A stretch of DNA of 64,000 nt from Eledone cirrhosa (GCA_964016885.1 OZ024741.1:283216001-283280000), one strand, 5' to 3'; shown: positions 36,452-49,837, counted from the stretch's first letter. The notes: a model not told the origin generated them from the sequence alone. Program-made: numbers and translations.

Positions 36452-36531
36452 CTGAAATGAAACAGACAAGAAAAACATTTATTTGTATCAGAGGCACGAA
36501 GTACAAAAAAATGGTGGTAGGGATAAGTTAA

Positions 36532-36971
36532 TTAACCATTTCATTACCACATTTCTAATGAAAGACACTGCCCCTGAATTTCAAATCATTTTGAAAATAA
36601 TGAGAAATTTAGAGGGATTTAGTAATATATCTAACTTTCTCATTATGAAACTGGTGTTTGGAACATAGTAAAAGTTCTAACATAAAATTATGATGTAAGG
36701 TTTTTTAGATAAATATAAACATTTTAACAATTTCATTACCATATTTCTAATGAAAGACACTGCTCATGAATTTCATATCATTTTGAAAATAATGAGGAAT
36801 TTAGAAATATAACTAACTTTCTCATTAAGCTGGTGTTTGGAACATAGAAAAAGTTCTTACATAAAATCATAATGTAAGGGTTTTAGATTAAATATAAACA
36901 CTTTAAAATATACAGTTGTGAAGTGGAAAATTCAGGAGTGGTTTCAGGCTGTTTGGTATCTAAAGGGTTAA
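36532..36971. mobile_element. piggyBac-like MITE with internal tandem duplication of about 195 bp
   Basis: The ttaaccatttcattacc unit is repeated at about 36532 and 36724; ends aaagggttaa. Confidence 0.55.
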
Positions 36972-38353
36972 ATTATTTCTGGTGCTTTACTTTATCAACC
37001 TTACAAGGCAAACTTGATAGGAATTGAATTCAGAATGTAAAGAGCCAGAACAACTATTACAATGCTCTCTTGATTCTGTGAATCCACCTCAAGCTGATTA
37101 ATATCTTGTGAGGGGGAAATTTGGCAGATGGGAACTGTGTGGAAGCCCTCCACGTATGTGTATGTGGAACAGACATCCATCAGTTTCAATGATGAATATT
37201 CCAATTGTTTGATCAACACAACAGCATGCTGATGAAATTAACATGTAAGTGGCTGAGCATTTCACAGACACGTGTACTCTCAATGTAATTCTCAGAGAGA
37301 TTCAGCATGGTACAGCTTCCAAACAGTTTCCATCTATAAGCATAAATATATTCTGCCCTGTAAGGTGCTTGTGTTGAGGACACAACAAAAGCACTCAGTC
37401 CACCCTGTAGAGTAGTTGTGATAGCGAAAGGACAAAAAGTACCCAGCCCAACTTTGGTGCCATAGCAAAATGTGTCCAGTCTTCACTGTAAAGTGGTCAT
37501 GTTGGTGGCATGACAAAAAGCACCCTGTTCACACTGTAAAGTGGTCATTTTGGTGTCACAACAAAAAGCACCTAGACCACATTGTAAAGTGGTTGTGTTG
37601 ACACCATGACAAAAAGTGTCCAGTTCACTGTAAAGTGGTCGTGTTGGTGTCACAACAAAAATTGCCCAGTTCACACAGAAAAGTGGTTATTTTGGTTCCA
37701 ATGAAAAGCACTGAGTCCACACTGTAAATGTGATTGGCGTTAGGAAAGACATCCAGCTGTAGAAATCATGCTAGTATGGAAAAATGGACATTAAACGATG
37801 ATGATATGAAGGGTACACAGTACAGAGATTGGGAAGATCACAGATCAGGTAGTACTCAATCTATGTTTAGATACAGAATTGGGATAGTAAACAGTAAAAT
37901 CTCAAAGGATGGTCCATTCCATTTCAGCAAAACTGCAAGCTCTTATCACAGCACTACTACTACCACTTTACAGTGTGAACTAGGAACATTTTGTTATTGT
38001 ACAAATACATTGTGTGTGGGTGTGCATGTGCGCATGTACATGTGTGTTGTTTTGATGTTATAGTTCATACCTATGCAGGTTTAGCGAGACTCTTATGAGG
38101 TTGCATCTGATAGGAAGTTTCTTGACTGCTTTAACGATAGGTGCCTTAGTCACATCACGTGTGTACAAGTATAGAATTTCCTGCACAGATTTTTGTTTAA
38201 GATTTGTGAGCATAAAATTAATGAAGAAATGGAGTTCACACATATTCTAAAGGCATTAACAATGTAAGTAAAACAATTGTTAGTGAGAATGGTAGCCAGG
38301 TTTGGCATCGTACACAGAGAAAATCAGTGAAAGAGTGGAGTTAAAATACATAC

Positions 38354-38524
38354 CTGTTGTGATGCTAGATATAGCATTTCTGTGGATTAGCTTCAGTCCT
38401 CTCTGTGTTGGCCCAAGTAGATCCAGAAAAAACGAACAGAGACTCCAGGCAATGGCCAGAAATGTGAAGACAATAATGGATTTCATTAGCCATACTCCTT
38501 TCAAGGTGATACAGTCTACCAATA
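38354..38524 (-). CDS. TMEM127: TMEM127 homologue, middle coding exon (171 bp, phase 1-1)
   Basis: Acceptor tctatttcacag| and donor ACAG|gtatgt; VLVDCIT...SLCSFFLDLLGP...HRNAISSITT. Confidence 0.9.
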
Positions 38525-39769
38525 CTGTGAAATAGACAGATATAAAGAGAAAAATAAAATTTGTTAATGATGTACTGAACACAAGATATGTTACCATGTA
38601 CTTAGTGCATTATTGTGGCTTGGTGAGAGAGGCATGAGGAGAAATTAATGTGGAAGTGAGTACAGGAAAAGAAGACCAAGAAAGACATGGTTAGATATGA
38701 TGGAGGAGGAAATGAATTGGGTAGTAGGCTTAATCTGTTGTTCAGTTTAACATCCCCACTACCAGGCTCCTAGTTCACTCAGTTGCAATCTTTTTGGTCA
38801 GGTGTCTGGTTTGAGAGTATTCCACTCCATCCTCTTCTGACCAACTTATAAAACATTACTACTATAGACACATTCATTCAGACATACATACAGACAGGCA
38901 CACAATATATTTGGAAAACAAAAACTAAAAATGCTTCATCTATTTTCTACTTTATTCTGTTTGCTACTGAAATATTTACAGAAATAACCAGACTATTTAC
39001 ATCAATAACTGAATAACCAAAACTAAAATTGAAGATTTAAGGCCATGCCACCATAATTGGCCTATCTCTAGACTCACCATTGTTGAAATGAAAAGAATAA
39101 AATTGAAATTTACAGCTCACACCTATGTAGGTTTAGCTTGCCTCTTATGAGGTCTAATTTCAAAATGCTCCAGTCTCATTATGCTGTTGTTGTTACAGTG
39201 CACAAATATGTAGGTTCATTTGGCCATCTACAAGATTGCATATCAAAGGACCCCAGTCATAAGTTGTTCTTACAGCTCACACCTATATAGGTTTAACTGG
39301 CCTCCTATGAGGCGGAAAATTGCAGTCAGGTTGGGCCGACCTGACTATTGCCTCATAATTTTATAGTTAGAGGTGGAGGTAAAACTGATCTTCAGGTTAT
39401 GTCAGTGAACCCTCTCATCCTTCCTTTTCTCTGTCTCCTTATCATTCCTCTTTGTGTTCGTATATAGGACTGTAGTCAAAATGATTTTCTCTATTTTGTC
39501 TTTTTTGGCTAAGCTACAGCACACTACATTGCTCTCTCTTCCCCAAAAGGCACAACTTGCCCTGTGTCTCCCTGTTTTATTGGGTTCCAATGTGCACTGG
39601 AATGAATAGTATCAATCTTAAAGCACCAGAACTATAGTGATTTCCAGAGTTTGACTGAAAAGAAGAGATTGTTTTGTTATTTTTCCATTGTCTTTCTTTT
39701 GTGTGAACTAAAGAAGAAATTCCATTTGTGAAACAGAACTTAGTATGAAAAGGGTTGACAGTAAACTTG

Positions 39770-42730
39770 GCAAACACCAAAGTTTTAGTATGTTAGAAAG
39801 AAGATATGACCCTGATCACATCACAGAAGTGGCCTTGTTCGATATGCAGAAAATGAAGGGGTTGAAACTCTATATGATGCACATAATGTAAATTTTGGGT
39901 GCACAAGAGGTGCACTGGGATAGCAAGCAAACTAACAGGGAATATAGACTTTGTATGTAGTAAATGCACAAGGTTAGTTGGTAGTAAGAGTATGAGTGAA
40001 ATAAATTTCTTCCAATCCCTAGAAGGTTGATGGCTTCTGCTACTCAGATGATCTAATTAGCTGTAGAGGAGAGTGCTCTAAGATCATAGTAGCTAGAGTA
40101 AGAACAAGATCGAAAAAGTTCAGGGAAGTACTACTTCTGTTGATAAAAAATGGCTTCTTTCTACAAACTAAAGGCCAGCTGAATGACACTTGTGTGTGAT
40201 ATTGGATGGTAGTGAGACATGGGCAATGAACACAAAGGATATGAGGAAACTGGAGAAAAATATACAAGTGTCCACTGAAAAGTTCATAGGCTGATCAAGA
40301 TACTGTCATGGAATATGACCAAATGAGGTTTATTTTTCAGCATACTCCCCCTTGTGGTCAACGCACTTCCATCAGTGTTGCATTTCCCTCACACCACTAT
40401 AGCTACATTGACCAATCAAAACACTGCAGCTCAAATATCTTGTAACTGCTAATTCAATCTCAATTGTAATAAACACTACTACTTCTAATACAGTTGTTAT
40501 GGGTATAACGTCCTGTATAGCATATGGAAGACAAAGCTGGAGTATTCTTAATGATGAATATGAACCCACCAGTCTCCTCTGGACGATCACGCAAACGCTC
40601 TTCTTTATTTCAGACATGGAAACTAACACCAACTCATCTTTCACACTCCCTACCAAGTTTTCACCCTCTTCTTCCCACTCTTCCACTGAACTCCATAACT
40701 TTAGAGCTGGCACCATCAATGTAGGCACAATGAAAGGAAGATCTAGAGAGCTTGTGGAGATGCTTGAACGAAAGAAAATTGATGTGTGCTGTACAAGTTG
40801 GTAGTAGTATAGTAAGTAAGGTAATCAAGGATATGAAGACAGGCAGTGCAGCTAGACCTTTAGGGATAGTTGCCAAATGCTGAAAGCATCTGGAATGGTG
40901 GATCACACGATAGTCACCTGTATTGTAAACCAAGTAATACAAAATGGTGTCAAACCCAATGACTGACATAGCAGCATCATCATCATCAACTGCTACAAGG
41001 GCATAGGAGATGCTCTAGATAGGAAACAACTATAGAGGCATTCGGTTGGTTAACCAGGTTATGAAGGTCACAGAAAGAGTTATAGTACAGCTGATTAGGC
41101 AACAAGTTAACCTAGATGAGATGCAGTTTGGATTTGTACCAGGTAAAAGTACCACAGATGCTCTCTTCCTTGTAATGCAACTTCAGGAGTACCTAGCTAA
41201 AGGTAAACTCCTCTACTTGGCTTTTGTGGACCTGGAGAAAGCTTTTGGCAGAATCACCTGTTCCATTATTTGGTGGGCTCTTACAAAACGTGGATGAGTG
41301 GCTTGTGGGGACAGTACAAGCTATGAATAGAGGAACAGTCAGCAAGGTCACAATTAACAATGACCATAGCAAAGAATTTAGAGTGCAGATTGGTGTTCAT
41401 CGGGGCTCAGTTCTTAGCCCTTTCCTGTTTATTATTAACCTACAGGCTATAACGGAAGAGTTTAAGATTGGCTATCCATGGGAACTCCAGAATGCAGATG
41501 ACCTAACTCTTATAACTGAAACTATGGCTGAATTAGAGAATAAACTTCCAAACCCGGAAGCATGGCCCAGAATCAAAAGGTCTTAAAGTCAACTTGGCAA
41601 AGACTAAAGTTCATGTAACTAGAAAGGAAAACAGGGCCCAGAATCCCTCAGGGAAATGGCCTTGCTCAGTGTGCAGAAAAGGAGTAGGTAGAAATTCCAT
41701 TGTATGCCTCAAATGCAAACTATGGGTACAGAAATGATATAGTGGGCTCTCAGGCAGGCTAACAAAGAACGTAGGTTTTACATGTGGCTGAAAAACAGGT
41801 GCAGCAAGTAGCAAGAGCTCTCAAGATATTAACTCCTTCAAATGCTCAGAGGGTTCTGTAGAAGTAGTAGATAGCTTATTTTACTTGAGTGACCAAATTA
41901 GCAGTGGAAGAGGGTGTTCCAAAAGCACAGTAGCCAAAGTGAGAACGGGTTGGAGAAAATTCAAGGAGTTACTATTGCTGTTAACTACAAAAGGTTTTTC
42001 CCTTAAAATCAAAGGCAGATTGTATGATGCATGTATACAAAAAAAAATAACAATTTTGAATGGTAGCGCAATATGTGCAGAGAACCCGAGAAGATGGAAA
42101 GAAATGAAGCTTCCAAGCTTTGATGGATGTGCAATACACGAACGGCAAAGCATAAATCAACTGAGAGAGAAATTATATATATGAGGGATGCAGTGTGCAG
42201 GAGAGGAGATGTGTTGATATGGACATGTGATGTGTATGAAGGATGACATGAATAAAAAGGTGAAGAGCACTCCAAGTTGATGGAAGCTATGGAGTGGACA
42301 GACATAGGAAGACTTGGGATGAGGTGATAAAAGCTGACCTTGCACAATTGCACCTCTCAATGGCAATGTCACAGGACCGTGATCTCTGCCGCTATACAGT
42401 AATACAGAAGATCCGCCTTCCCATATGCAAGAGCTGAGGCATACATCTAGTATGCACCACCTTCCCTTCCATACACCTCCCACCCAAGTCCCCAATCTAC
42501 ACTATAAAGTGGTCACCCCGGAGCCATGACAATAAGCACCCAGTCCACACTGTAAAGTGGTCGTGTAGGTGTCAAGACAAAAAGCACTGTAAAGTGTATA
42601 TGTTGGTGACACAACAAAAAGCACCCAGTCCACACTATAAAGTGGTTGTGTAAGTATCACAACATAAAGCACCCAGTACACACTGTAAATGTGGTTGATG
42701 TTAGGAAGGGCATCCAGCCGTAGAAACCAA
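39770..42730 (+). mobile_element. Degraded RTE fragments (39770-40260; 40500-42730 with internal deletion) separated by a mariner-like end (about 40262-40385)
   Basis: NFRAGTINVGT, MQFGFVPGKSTTDALF, FVDLEKAF and GSVLSP motifs with many frameshifts. Confidence 0.85.
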
Positions 42731-43132
42731 GACATAATCAGTTCTTTGTGAGCAATCTTTCACTCTTGTTAAACATACATAGAACCGGCTGAACACATAG
42801 GCATGGTTTTTTGGGGGTGTATCATTATAAAAGAAAATACTAGTAAATTACTGTATTGAAGTGCCGTTCCAGTGCATTTGAGTAACTGATAACCATTAGG
42901 AATTTAATTAGTATTAATATCTATATGCTTTGCCCTAACTAAGTGTTAAACTTGAGAAACTTACTTTCACTCTAACAACCTTTCCTCCGCTATGAAGGAA
43001 TTTAACCATGTACAGGACATCCCAAAATCATTGACCACTCCCTGTGACAGACAAGAAAAACAACAAATTTTTAGGATTGTTTGATTTGATACTTCTACTT
43101 TGTTTTGACTCCATGCCCATATATGGGCTGTA

Positions 43133-43320
43133 CCCCTTGATAAGTTCAGCTAGTTCCCTGCCGCCCTAATACTGCTGGATTCGTTCGGATCTAGCTGTCA
43201 AAACGACCAGAGCTTAGCCGTCGGGGTCCTGACTCTTTTCCTATTACCCACTCTACTACCCTAAGTAACGAGTACTCTGGTGTGTTATGGTCCACCTGGT
43301 TCCTTACCACACTTTCTTTG
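43133..43320 (+). repeat. Penelope-like relic with decayed hammerhead; inverted partial copy at 34160-34282
   Basis: ccc-TTGATAA-g...cagctag...ctagctgtc-AAAA-cgac...gccGTC-gggg. The other copy keeps GAAACGGC...GCGTCGGGG on the minus strand. Confidence 0.55.
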
Positions 43321-43465
43321 TTTATATATATATATATAGCTTTATGTTATTGTGGGTTCACCAATTTGAGCACTTGATAAGCAGGTTAGTCCGTTGATGT
43401 CGAGTTCTTGGTGTACATATCTGTTGTTAAACTATGGTCGGTCTCCGTCATATCCAGAATGTAAT

Positions 43466-43720
43466 ATTAAGTTTATTCAGGTGTGACGCGCGTTTCGCTA
43501 TTGATCAGCTCATGGTTCGCTCTGTATTGATCTGGTCCGACTCTGTAATCAAATAGCTCATCAGACGTTTGGTTCGTTAATAATGTACACAGATATCTCC
43601 CATCATTAACGAACCAAGAGTCTGATAAGCTTTTGATTAAAGAGTCGGCCAGATCGATACGGATTCCCGAACCCTAAGCTGATCAATAGCGAAACGCACG
43701 TCACGCCCATATAAATTTAA
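43466..43720. ncRNA. Inverted pair of hammerhead ribozyme motifs (minus 43481-43570; plus 43615-43708)
   Basis: Minus copy: gt-CTGATGA-gctatt...aatagc-GAAA-CGCGCG-TC-ac. The plus copy has CTGATAA and GAAACGCACGTC. Stem I is weak in both. Confidence 0.7.
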
Positions 43721-43956
43721 TGATGATACTCTTACACCTTGTTCTTACTTATTTTAATTATATATGTGTGTGTGTGTGTGTATCAAACATATACTGAATC
43801 GAACAGGATATTTTCATTTTCCTGTTTCGACATCTATTGTAAATGATACCTTCCCAATTTTGTTTCTCTTCCGCGGTGATGATGATAATTATGATGATGT
43901 TGATAAAAGCTAATAACGACAACAGAAGCAAAACTCAATGTAGTTTAGTTACTTAC

Positions 43957-45319
43957 CTTCGTCACTTCCTGGTCCATACTTGTAGCTAAATCCCGTCACC
44001 ATTTTACCAGATTTTTCTTCGTTTGGTACCATTACCTCGACAGCAGTCTGACTGTTGCTCTCCATGTTCATTGGTAAAGATGACCGATGATCAAGGAAAT
44101 AACCTCGATAAAAGAACTGGTAAACTCCGAGGTGTTTCTCCTTACAACCGCCACCTGATACAGCAATCCAATTGGGTTCGACAAGGGCCGTGCACAGAAC
44201 CACAATGACTAGCATACTGACCACTGCCGATAGGATGTTCCGCTCGCGATGTTTCAGCAATCGCCGATGGTTGTGATGGTGTCCAGACGAAATGAAGGCC
44301 GCAGCTGAAGCGGCCGAAGAGAAAAGACCACCACCGCCGCCACCAGCACCACCTCCTGCTGCGGATGACAAGTGGTGGTAGCCATGGTGACCGACAGAAA
44401 AAGATGCCAAAGAAGACGATGAGTGGCCGCCACCACCACCTCCACCACTACTACCACCGCCGCCGCCTCCGCTGTTACCCAAACTCAATGTGGTACTCGA
44501 AGACGAAACGGAACTGGCGGACGTGACTGTGGTCGCATTTGAAGCAGTGTTCATTGTATTGTTGTGATGGTGGTGATGGTTGTTGTTACTGCTGTTGTTG
44601 TTGTTATTACTGCTGCTGCTGCTGCTATAGTGGTGTCTGTTGTTGTTATTGTTGTTGTTGCTGTTCGTGTTGGCACTAGTGTGATGGCGGTGGTGGTGGT
44701 GTCCACTACTGACTCTAGGCAGTGCTGTGTAAGAGGGCGGTTGTGGAGGTGCGCCCACACCGCCGTAGAAAGGCGATGTGGTCATAGTGGTTGAAGGTGA
44801 GGAATTCGACGACGGTCTAGAGGTGACGTGCGACGTAACGGCTGAATTGTTGGTGGGCGTTAGAGCAATTGCACTGGAGTAAGGCGGCAGAGTGTAGTGA
44901 CACGGATGTACAGAATACTGCGGTAATTGAATGGCCGGTCCAACGCCGTTTAAGGTCACTGCTGTGCCAGACGTAGACTGGGGAACAGGACAGAAAGCAC
45001 TCAGACGTACGGAGGTGTCAGTAAGATTTGGATAGTAAGGAGGTGGAGGTGGAGATAAAGTAGTGTTGGTGAAGCTAGTAACTCCACAACCAGCAGCACT
45101 ACCACTACCGCCACCACCACCACCACTCCGAGTGTTTATACTGGAAGTATGGGTCAAAGGTGGATTACTTGATGAACAAGAAGACAACGAAGATGACGAG
45201 GACGAAGAAGTCTGTTGGACACGAGAGGAGCGCCCGCTACGATTAGATCTCGACACACGGCAAACTCTCTGGTGTCCTCTGTTATTTCGACTCGATCTCG
45301 TCTGAGGAGTATCGGGCAT
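43957..45319 (-). CDS. TMEM127: TMEM127 homologue, first coding exon with low-complexity N-terminal extension (spliced product 619 aa)
   Basis: Open from ATG 45319; conserved part ERNILSA...LCTALVEPNWIAVSGGGC; donor GAAG|gtaagt. Exon lengths 1363+171+326=1860 keep the frame. The true start codon is uncertain. Confidence 0.85.
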
Positions 45320-45555
45320 ATTTTGTTAACAAACTGCAATTCCAATGCCCTAATTTTGCTTTGGTTGTAATTGTTTTCTTGTTTAAAACCCCCTCCCAAT
45401 GGATAAGAAAGTTAATGGTTATTTCCAGAGTTACCTGAATAGTTGTAGCAATCCCTTCTCCGTTGAAAATGGTCAAATGAAGGACATTAAATATTAAGTT
45501 GAATAATTTGTTGTCAACTTTTACATAACACTGAGAAAAATCAACTCTTTAGGTC

Positions 45556-45600
45556 TGAGCATGCGCACACACTTTTATAACTTCAGCGAAAACCCGGAAC
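45556..45600. promoter_or_regulatory. Candidate TMEM127 promoter: NRF1-like and ETS-like sites
   Basis: TGAGCATGCGCA (11/12 match to the NRF1 palindrome TGCGCATGCGCA) and CCGGAA, about 240-280 bp upstream of the ATG. Confidence 0.45.
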
Positions 45601-46018
45601 AGAGATTGTAACGAAAACGTTCATTAATAAATAAGACGAAGTTAATATATAAAATCATATAAATGTAACAAAATTATTCGAAGTGGTTTTTATTAATTTT
45701 ATAGGATGTAACTATAATTATTGTACAAAACAAAATATAACGAGGTATACTGTAGTTGATAAGAAAATACAATATATTATACATAATGTTTGATAAAAAA
45801 TCCTTTAAGAAAGAAGTAATTCTAAATCTGTCGCATATTTTCATTTACTATCATTTAAATGCTAAACTTTGTTTATCTGTGGAAAATAAAAAATATCAAT
45901 TCGGAAAATATTTTCAAGGAAACAAAATTAATTACAGTTATTAAATATTTGTTTTTATAACAAAAAAGGAAGGAAGACATATAATTTTGTAGGCTTTTTG
46001 TAATGTTTTAATACATAA

Positions 46019-47058
46019 TTGTTTCTACTATTGGCACAAGGCCAGCAATTACTCAGTACATTACGGGTACTTTATTTTATCGACCTCGCAAGGATGAAAG
46101 GCAAAGTTAACCTCGGTGGGATTTGAATTCAGAATGGCAAGGGCCGTAACTCTATAATATATATTTAAAAGTTTATTCAGTTATATAAATAACTGTTTCT
46201 ATTTTTGGCACAAGGCCAGCAATTACTCAGTACATTACTGGTACTTTATTTTATCGACCCCGTAAGGATGAAAGGCAAAGTTAACCTCGGCGGGATTTGA
46301 ACTCAGATCATAAAGGGACGTAACTCTATGCTTCAAAGCATGGTGTCCGACTCTCTGCCGATACTGCTAAATAACGTTACAAATTGTTTATAATTTTTAC
46401 AGGATGACAATGTAAACACATATATACAATTAATTATTGTTAGGAACCTTATAAATATAATTGTTTCTATTTTTGGCACAAGGCCAGCAATTATCTCAGT
46501 GCATTACTGGTACTTTATTTTATCGACCCCATAAGCATGAAAGGCAAAGATAATACATGATCAAAGCGAGAGAAAAAAGAACGAAAACAAAAACATGTAT
46601 ACAAGTACAATTCCATCATCCAAGCTAACGGCTATCTAAGTCATGTTCGTGAAGAAAATTTCCATAGAGTAATAAAACATTTATTTGTCTTGATTTTTTT
46701 TTTCGAAAGTGTCAAATATGTAAAAGAATCTTCTTTTTTAATAAATAAATGATTTCATTTATCATAATAATTGTTTCTACTTTGGGCACAAGGCCAGCAA
46801 TTACTCAGTGTATTACTGGTACTTTATTTTATCGACCCCGTAAGGATGAAAGGCAAAGTTAACCTCGGCGGGATTTGAACTCAGATCATACAGGGAGGTA
46901 ACTCTATACTTCAAAGCATGGAGTCCGACCCTCTACCGATACTGCCAATCCACTCATTTATCATAATAATTGTTTCTACGTTAGGCACAAGGCCAGCAAT
47001 TACCCAGTGCATTACTGGTAATTTATTTTATCGACCCCGTAAGGATGAAAGGCAAAAA
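46019..47058 (-). mobile_element. Cluster of five co-oriented tRNA-derived SINEs
   Basis: ttgtttcta...ggcacaaggccagcaatta... starts at about 46019, 46192, 46460, 46770 and 46970, with variable 5' truncation. Confidence 0.9.
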
Positions 47059-47064
47059 TGATTT

Positions 47065-47281
<217 letters not shown>

Positions 47282-47387
47282 AATGCGATGAAATACCAAT
47301 GATCGTTGGCAAATCACTGATGAGGGACTAATTTTATAATATGTAATCTATGTGCAACCATGCAGTATTCTTCTCCCCATATTTTTC

Positions 47388-47463
<76 letters not shown>

Positions 47464-47753
47464 GTGTAGAGAGAGAGAGGTTATATTTAATTTGTTGGGA
47501 TACAACAAGCAAAATATTTTTATAACTGATATAAAGCACTCTACAAATTAATTGGAGTAAATATACAATATTGGAAACTATATTTATAAAACAAATGGAA
47601 ACTATATTTATAAAACCATATTTATTTCATTATACATATTTCAAGGGCCACCAAGGCAGATTATGGTGCGCTTTCATCAGATAAAATATAATATAGATTA
47701 GTTTTATAAATAAATATTGACATACCCTGAAAAAAAATATATATATATATATA

Positions 47754-49837
47754 TTTAACGAAGGGAATAATTAAGATATGGTTAGATGGATTAACATGGT
47801 TATTAGATGAAATAACAAGAATAAATGATTTACTTTATATACAAAGGTTTACTTCACTTGAGTCAAAAAGAACAATAAAGATATTACCACGAGTTGAGTT
47901 GCAAAGGTTGACAATGTTATTTTTGTTGTTGGTTCATGAGGCTGGTTTAGTCTGCGACCAGGAGAGAAAGAAAATAATGGTCTGTAATTGACTGTAGACC
48001 ACTGTGGCCTGTAGATAGTGGTGTATCTTTCACATAGCTTGTAATAGCGTACTGATCTGATCTCTCTGTATTTCTGTAGACCTCTGAGGCCTGAAGGTAG
48101 CGGTGAATCTTTCACATGGCTTGTCTGTATCGTGGTGCTCCGATCTCTCTGTATGTAAGGTGGGAAAATATAGGCTTTATATACCTGTCGCTTTCTGTCT
48201 CCCACCTTGAGGGGATAGCCCACACATGAACCTGTTCACACCAAAAGGGTCGTGACCTAGAGTTTGGCCTTTAGGTGTCACCCAAGGTTCAAGGCGTGGA
48301 CAGATCTCGCTACATTAGTTCCCTACCCAGATCGATGCAGGAGCAGCGATCGATTATAAAAGGGGTAGCGAAATCTGATTCTAGAAGCGTGTTCCAAAAC
48401 ACACAAATTGTGGGTACTGCGCCCGCATTTCGAGTGTAGAGAAATTTGGATAGAGAAAAAAAAATCGTATAACTGGGTATGCATGTGTGCGTGTAACATT
48501 TAGAAGGAACTGTAAATATACAAAGTTGAGATTATGTATTTCGAACTGCTGTGTATGGATGGCTGAACGTTGGGTTACGGTATCGGATTACGACATGATA
48601 ACACAGAGGACTATTTCTCTCGATGTATCATCATACGTAAGATTCTTTTCCAGTGAGTCGAGGTTTACGCTATGACATGAGTGTGTGCAATTTTGAGTTG
48701 CGTGCCTGAGTGAGTCCAGGCTAGTAATACCCGTGGGTTGATTATTATGTGTTTAATAGCTGTTGCCGTACCTCGACGAGTTGAAGAGTGATCTCGCTGA
48801 GACCCAACCGAATCCAGAATATACCATAGACAAAAACATGTTGGTGTGTGACAAAGAAAATGATGTGCGTTTGATCCAAAACGTGTATGTTGATACAGGC
48901 ATATAATATAGTGAAACAAATAAAAATTAAAATGAACGTTCATATATAACCTGTAAAAAAAAATATATATATATATATTTATATAATTGTTCTTTACAAA
49001 AAGTTCAGTTTCCTCTTCTTTATGTGATCGTTTTCTTGCTAGGAAGCTAGTAGTATTGTCTGTTGTTGTTGAGATTACGAAGCAAGTGGTGAAGTGTTTG
49101 GTAATGAATTGAAAAATCAAAGCGAAGTTACTGTAAATATTCCGTAGAATGGAAGTTTGTGGTGAAAAAAAGTGAAGTTTTATCATATCGTAGAAAAAAG
49201 GTTGCGTGTTGTTTTCTTTTTTTTTAAATACCACTTCGTTTTTGTTTTGTTTTGTTTTTTAAATCACGTCGGGTTCACCAATTTAACGAATGGTATAAGT
49301 AAGAAGTAGTAAAATGGATTAACATTATTATTAGATGAAATAACAAGAATAAATGATTTACTTTATATATAAAGGTTTACTTCACTTGAGTCAAAAAGAA
49401 CAATAAAGATATTACCACGAGTTGCAAAGGTTGACAATGTTATTTTTGTTGTTGGTTCATGAGGCTGGTTTAGTCTGCGACCAGGAGAGAAAGAAAATAA
49501 TGGTCTGTAATTGACTGTAGACCACTGTGGCCTGTAGATAGCGGTGTATCTTTCACATAGCTTGTAATAGCGTACTGATCCGATCTCTCTGTATTTCTGT
49601 AGACCTCTGAGGCCTGAAGGTAGCGGTGAATCTTTCACATGGATTGTCTGTATCGTGGTGCTCCGATCTCTCTGTATGTAAGGTGGGAAAATATAGGCTT
49701 TATATACCTGTCGCTTTCTGTCTCCCACCTTGAGGGGATAGCCCACGTATGAACCGGTTCACACCAAAAGGGTCGTGACCTAGAGTTTCAGCTTTAGGTG
49801 TCACCCAAGGTTCAAGGCGTGGACAGATCTCGCTATA
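47754..49837 (-). mobile_element. Complete non-autonomous LTR retrotransposon (TRIM-like), tRNA-Trp primed
   Basis: 5' LTR 49282-49837 and 3' LTR 47754-48314 (minus strand TGTAGCG...CGTTAAA); PBS TGGTGAACCCGACGTGAT at 49263-49280; PPT at 48315-48330; about 950 bp non-coding interior; TATA on both flanks. Confidence 0.9.

Noticed and set aside
47849-49746. Duplicated 124/127-aa ORFs as paralogous genes
   Set aside because: They lie inside the two LTRs of a non-autonomous element, start at GTG and show no recognisable domain.
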